From Azolla caroliniana (taxonomy: Eukaryota > Plantae > Polypodiophyta): a stretch of 64,000 nucleotides of DNA. The stretch lies in contig JBHGNT010000010.1 of NCBI GenBank assembly GCA_043228905.1, positions 20,646,001 to 20,710,000 of the forward strand. Reading direction: 5' to 3'. Shown here piece by piece: positions 55,870 to 64,000 of the stretch; positions within the stretch are counted from its first letter, which is position 1; each line of letters opens with the position of its first letter. Under the pieces are notes generated by a model. It was given only the letters and a program-made list of their open reading frames with translations. It did not search any database and was not told where the DNA came from. A program made the position numbers and the translations under genes.

Positions 55870-56603
55870 GCGTTTTTAGGTTCATAAAATTAGGTTGGCC
55901 TTCTCTACGAGGAAAGAGTGGAAAGAGAAAGAGAGGAAAGAGTGAGGAGCACTTCTCCATGAGGAGTTACAAAGAGGGAACAATAAGAGGTAGGGAGCAA
56001 CCAATGAAGAAGGAAGGAGCAACCGATTGCCAAATGCATGACATGTGATTTGCAACTTCATGCCCAAAGCCTAGGCTCCACATTGTTAATAACTTATACC
56101 TTGTGGCTTGCATTGGGACACCACCTCGTCTGTTAGAGCTTACTCCTAATGTAAGCATAAGACAAGGAAGTATAAGATAGTTATAAAGAGAAGAGAGAGA
56201 AAGAAGGTTGTCGATCCACTTGACCACCCCTGAGCGAAGGGATCAAGACGGGCTCGAGCCTCGATTGGTGTCCTATACCACCGTTGTGGCATCGAGTCGT
56301 ACCTGGTATTGGTGCGATCGCTACAAGAGTCTCTTCACCACACGATCAAAGTCTTGATATAGTTAATGATGTGTGTAATGAGGGTTGCTAGGCCTCATAT
56401 TTTTATAGCCAAACCTAAGGCCCCCAGGCAAGTTCACACTTGGTCCTTATGGGTTGTCTCAATTCCTAGGATTAAAAGTATTCCCCTCCCTTCTTTACAC
56501 TCTCAATTAATCCCTCACACTTTATTCATGTGTATAGAATACTACGATACAAACTTACCACGAGATAATTTATGGTCATGCCCATAAAATCGTCTCCCTT
56601 ACA
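55870..56603 (-). mobile_element. Probable solo LTR
   Basis: The minus strand begins TGTAAGGG and contains CTATAAAA followed by CT-rich R/U5-like sequence. The left boundary and a TSD were not resolved. Confidence 0.4.
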
Positions 56604-57379
56604 CGTAGATTAATGCACAATCAACTCATGGCATTTAAATGCTACTTGCTACTCACATCTCCTTGGTTCAAGGGCACAAGAGTTCTCTCTAGCAAAAATC
56701 ACCAAAACACCTCCTCCTCATGAGTCGTCAGAGGATGCTAATTTTTGGTGACATTGGATTATTTATGTAACCTAAAATCGTGTTGTATCTTGGTAGTTGC
56801 CTAGTGCTCAATTTGTTCCCTTAAGTCCCCTCTCAAACAACAATGGCTTTAAGATTGCTTTCAGTTTGCCGAAATCTCTACACACACATTTCACCTTTGC
56901 ATTCAGTGCTTTTGATCGCTTGCTAAGTTTGTACATTTTTGTATTGTTTTTACATCACATTGAGGTTTATGTCGCTAGAAAAGAAGATGTCGCTCCGATG
57001 AAATCTTGCCATATCCGTTTGCATTTGGCTAATTAAGTGATATCGAATTGGCGAAAACCTCGTACGGCCAGCATGTTGTTCCAAAGCATATAATAATGCC
57101 ATGTTCTCCATTCAACAAGCAAGTTAAGTGACGAAGGGCTCCGCTGGGTGTTGTCTCTTCATCACATGGTCCGTTGAGACTCACAAGTCAGGTGGCACTT
57201 GTGGTGTGGCCTCGTGGCAAGTGATTGGGCGGGCAACATGAGGAAAATGGACGTTGGATTTGGTTGGGTTTCTACGAACAAACAAAAGCCAAAGGAAAAA
57301 GGAAAAAGGAGGAAGTGCATGCATGAGTGTCGCGCTTGTATTCGTCATACATACATACAGTACATACATGGAGAGTAAA

Positions 57380-57800
57380 AAAAAGAAGGAAAATAAATAA
57401 ATAAAAAAGTCAAAGAAAGAAAGAAATAAGTAAAAATAGCTAAATGAATAAATAAGTAGCATAAATTGTAAACAAATCCATAAATAAGTAATAAATAAAT
57501 AAATAAGTAAAATAAATAAGCAAATCAATAAGTAAGTAAAATAATAACTAAATAAATAAATGATTAGGTAAAATAAATACTGTATATACAAAACAAAATA
57601 AAGTAAAATAACTAAAATAAGTAAATATAAATACATAAAAAGAAGGGAAAAATGAAGCAAAATAAATAAAAATAAGAAATATTGAAAATAAGCAGTAAAA
57701 CAAAAGAAAAAGAAAATAAGGCAAATAAAAAAAGAAAATAAGGTAAATAAAACTAAACGAATAAAAAAATACGGATCTAGAGAGAAGAATATATAAAAAA
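57380..57800. repeat. A-rich low-complexity tract upstream of TPI
   Basis: About 400 nt of AAATAA/AAGTAA-type sequence. Confidence 0.9.
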
Positions 57801-57990
57801 TGAAGGCGCCTAGAGAGAGAGGCGGGGGGCCAAAAGCCCATTCTAAATCTCTGAGATTCTTCTTCCATAGCTTCTTCTTCCATAGCTGCTGCTTCTTCTT
57901 CTTCTTCTTCTTCTTCTTCTGTCTGTCTGTCTGTCTGTCTCTTTGTCTGCTTCTCCTTCTCCTTCTCCTTCACCACAGTCCTCCACGGCC

Positions 57991-62157
<4,167 letters not shown>

Positions 62158-64000
62158 GAGATTTTGCCATAGACTTCTGTTAAGTATAATATGAGAGAAC
62201 TCAGAATAACGGGATTGCTTGGAAGTAAAAGAACTCACTCATTATTAGCATGGATACTTTTGCTAAGTTTTTGTAATAATAAAAGCCAATGAGTTAGATT
62301 TTGCAGTGCTTTTTGTCAACTTCTCAAAATTACTCATGTATTTTGTGTGAGAGATTGTTCCCATTTGGGTGTGACTTCAATAGTGGAGCCGAGAAAACTC
62401 TTAACATTTACTGGTTTCTAAAAACCACTAAATATGTTACTATTTACTCTTGAGATTTAAAAATAAATAAATTCATGATAGTGCGAACTGATTCTTTGGT
62501 TCTTGTATAGTAGTATCTACAGTACCTTTTTTCTTTCAAGTAGGGGAAAAGGGTGTTTATGTAAATGTCTAGTATTATGCGAGTTATGCATATCAATAAC
62601 TACTTAAATAACATGTTCAAAACTTTTCAGCTCTTGTATCAAGAAATTTCCTTTCGGTGAACTTTTCTGGCCTTGGTTTCTTGATGACATTGCATTGGTG
62701 CCTTTCTTAATATCATGGATGAAAGCTTCCTTTTAACCAAATTTGTCATTTTTCTAAGTGATGTAAAATTTGATGTTACAGTTTGTCTAATGAGACTCTG
62801 AGATTTAGAAGGTGGATCCATTTTTTTTCACTATTTTTTATAGTGGAGTCACACACGATGTAATTGCTAGATGACATACTTTTTGTGGGCATCCTCATGA
62901 TCATATCATGTACCCACCCTATAAATAAAGTTGTTAATGTCTGCTTTTTTAATGACTTACAGAATAATATATGCTTCATGTTTCTTGTGTGCTGTTTTAA
63001 GTTAAATCTGCATGATTTACATCCCTTTATTGGATTATTTTTTTAGTATGAGGAGAGACAATGTATCAAACATGGTGTAGCCCTTAATATTCTTAAAGTT
63101 TTGCTTTAAATTGGTCCTTGGACAGTGAATGCACAATTAAGCAAAAGAGTACAAATATTGTCTTCCAATCCAAGTCATACTTTAGACTTGCTGTATTGCA
63201 GACCTCTTATCCAAATGGGAGACTAGGACCCTTCCTCACCCCACATGGTTGTAAGATTGATGGCCAATCATAGAGAAGTTGGAAAAGCCAAACTCCTATA
63301 ATCTCCCAAGAAAAGTGTTCTCGATGATGTGCAAGGTTGCAAACCCACTAAATGAAGAGTTTTTGGTGTTTTATGTAGATGTGGCATTACTTAGCACCAA
63401 AATTGTTGCTCCCAGGGAAGACAATTTTAATATCTTTGCATGTTGCAATAAGGAGTTACGAAATGAACATTCACAACACTATCTTTCTCTCATGGACGAG
63501 TTATTTTAAATTTCATAGAGAACCCTTGGATTTCACTTACTATCATAAAGAAAACAGTTTATTGACAAATGTGATAAAGTGCACAACAAGTAAATCCTAA
63601 GACATGTGCAATTTAAAACATTGTGACACCGCCTATTTGTCTTTTCCGGAGCTTGTGCATTGAGGGGATGAGAGACAACTTTTAAGGAGAAATATAAAAC
63701 CAACAAATTGGTCATATTACCAAAAAGTCTTATTTTTGTATCATGAGCATCATATTGGTATAGTAATGCATGACTTAAACAAAACAAATAAAATAAAATG
63801 GAAGAATCACACATCTACTTTAGTAGCTGGCTTTGATATCATGTCAATGTCATGTATAATATTAACAACAATATGAATAACCAAGAGTTTTAGTATTGGA
63901 GTAAAAAAATCCATTGTTTAATGTAAAGAAACATTGCTCGATGAATTCTCCGCATCAAACAAATTTGCTAAATGGCTTAAGACATTGGTTTCCTAAATGA

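Noticed and set aside
62600-64000. Short ORFs at the end of the window
   Set aside because: No recognisable domain or exon structure.

Overview
AT-rich nuclear DNA from a land plant, probably seed-free such as a fern (inferred from RTE-X-like LINEs, a plastid trnI insertion and gene style). The first 13 kb is a retroelement cluster: a Copia remnant, an old RTE-X-like LINE, and a young intact RTE-X-like LINE joined head-to-head to an apparently identical 2.7-kb copy of its own 3' half. That cluster also holds a 100-N gap and a library-adapter artefact. The rest is gene-dense: SRP68, a GH17+X8 beta-1,3-glucanase, SEC23, a small orphan two-exon gene, BLISTER-like, a class II BPC/BBR GAGA factor and plastid triosephosphate isomerase, interspersed with MITEs, LINE fragments, a NUPT and microsatellites. 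The most notable observations are the double-tailed inverted LINE, ORF1 and ORF2 in frame across a single UGA-CGG stop (possible readthrough), a 3' stem-loop shared across LINE subfamilies, and introns built from tandem copies of their own splice junctions. All calls are by eye; no database searches were run.
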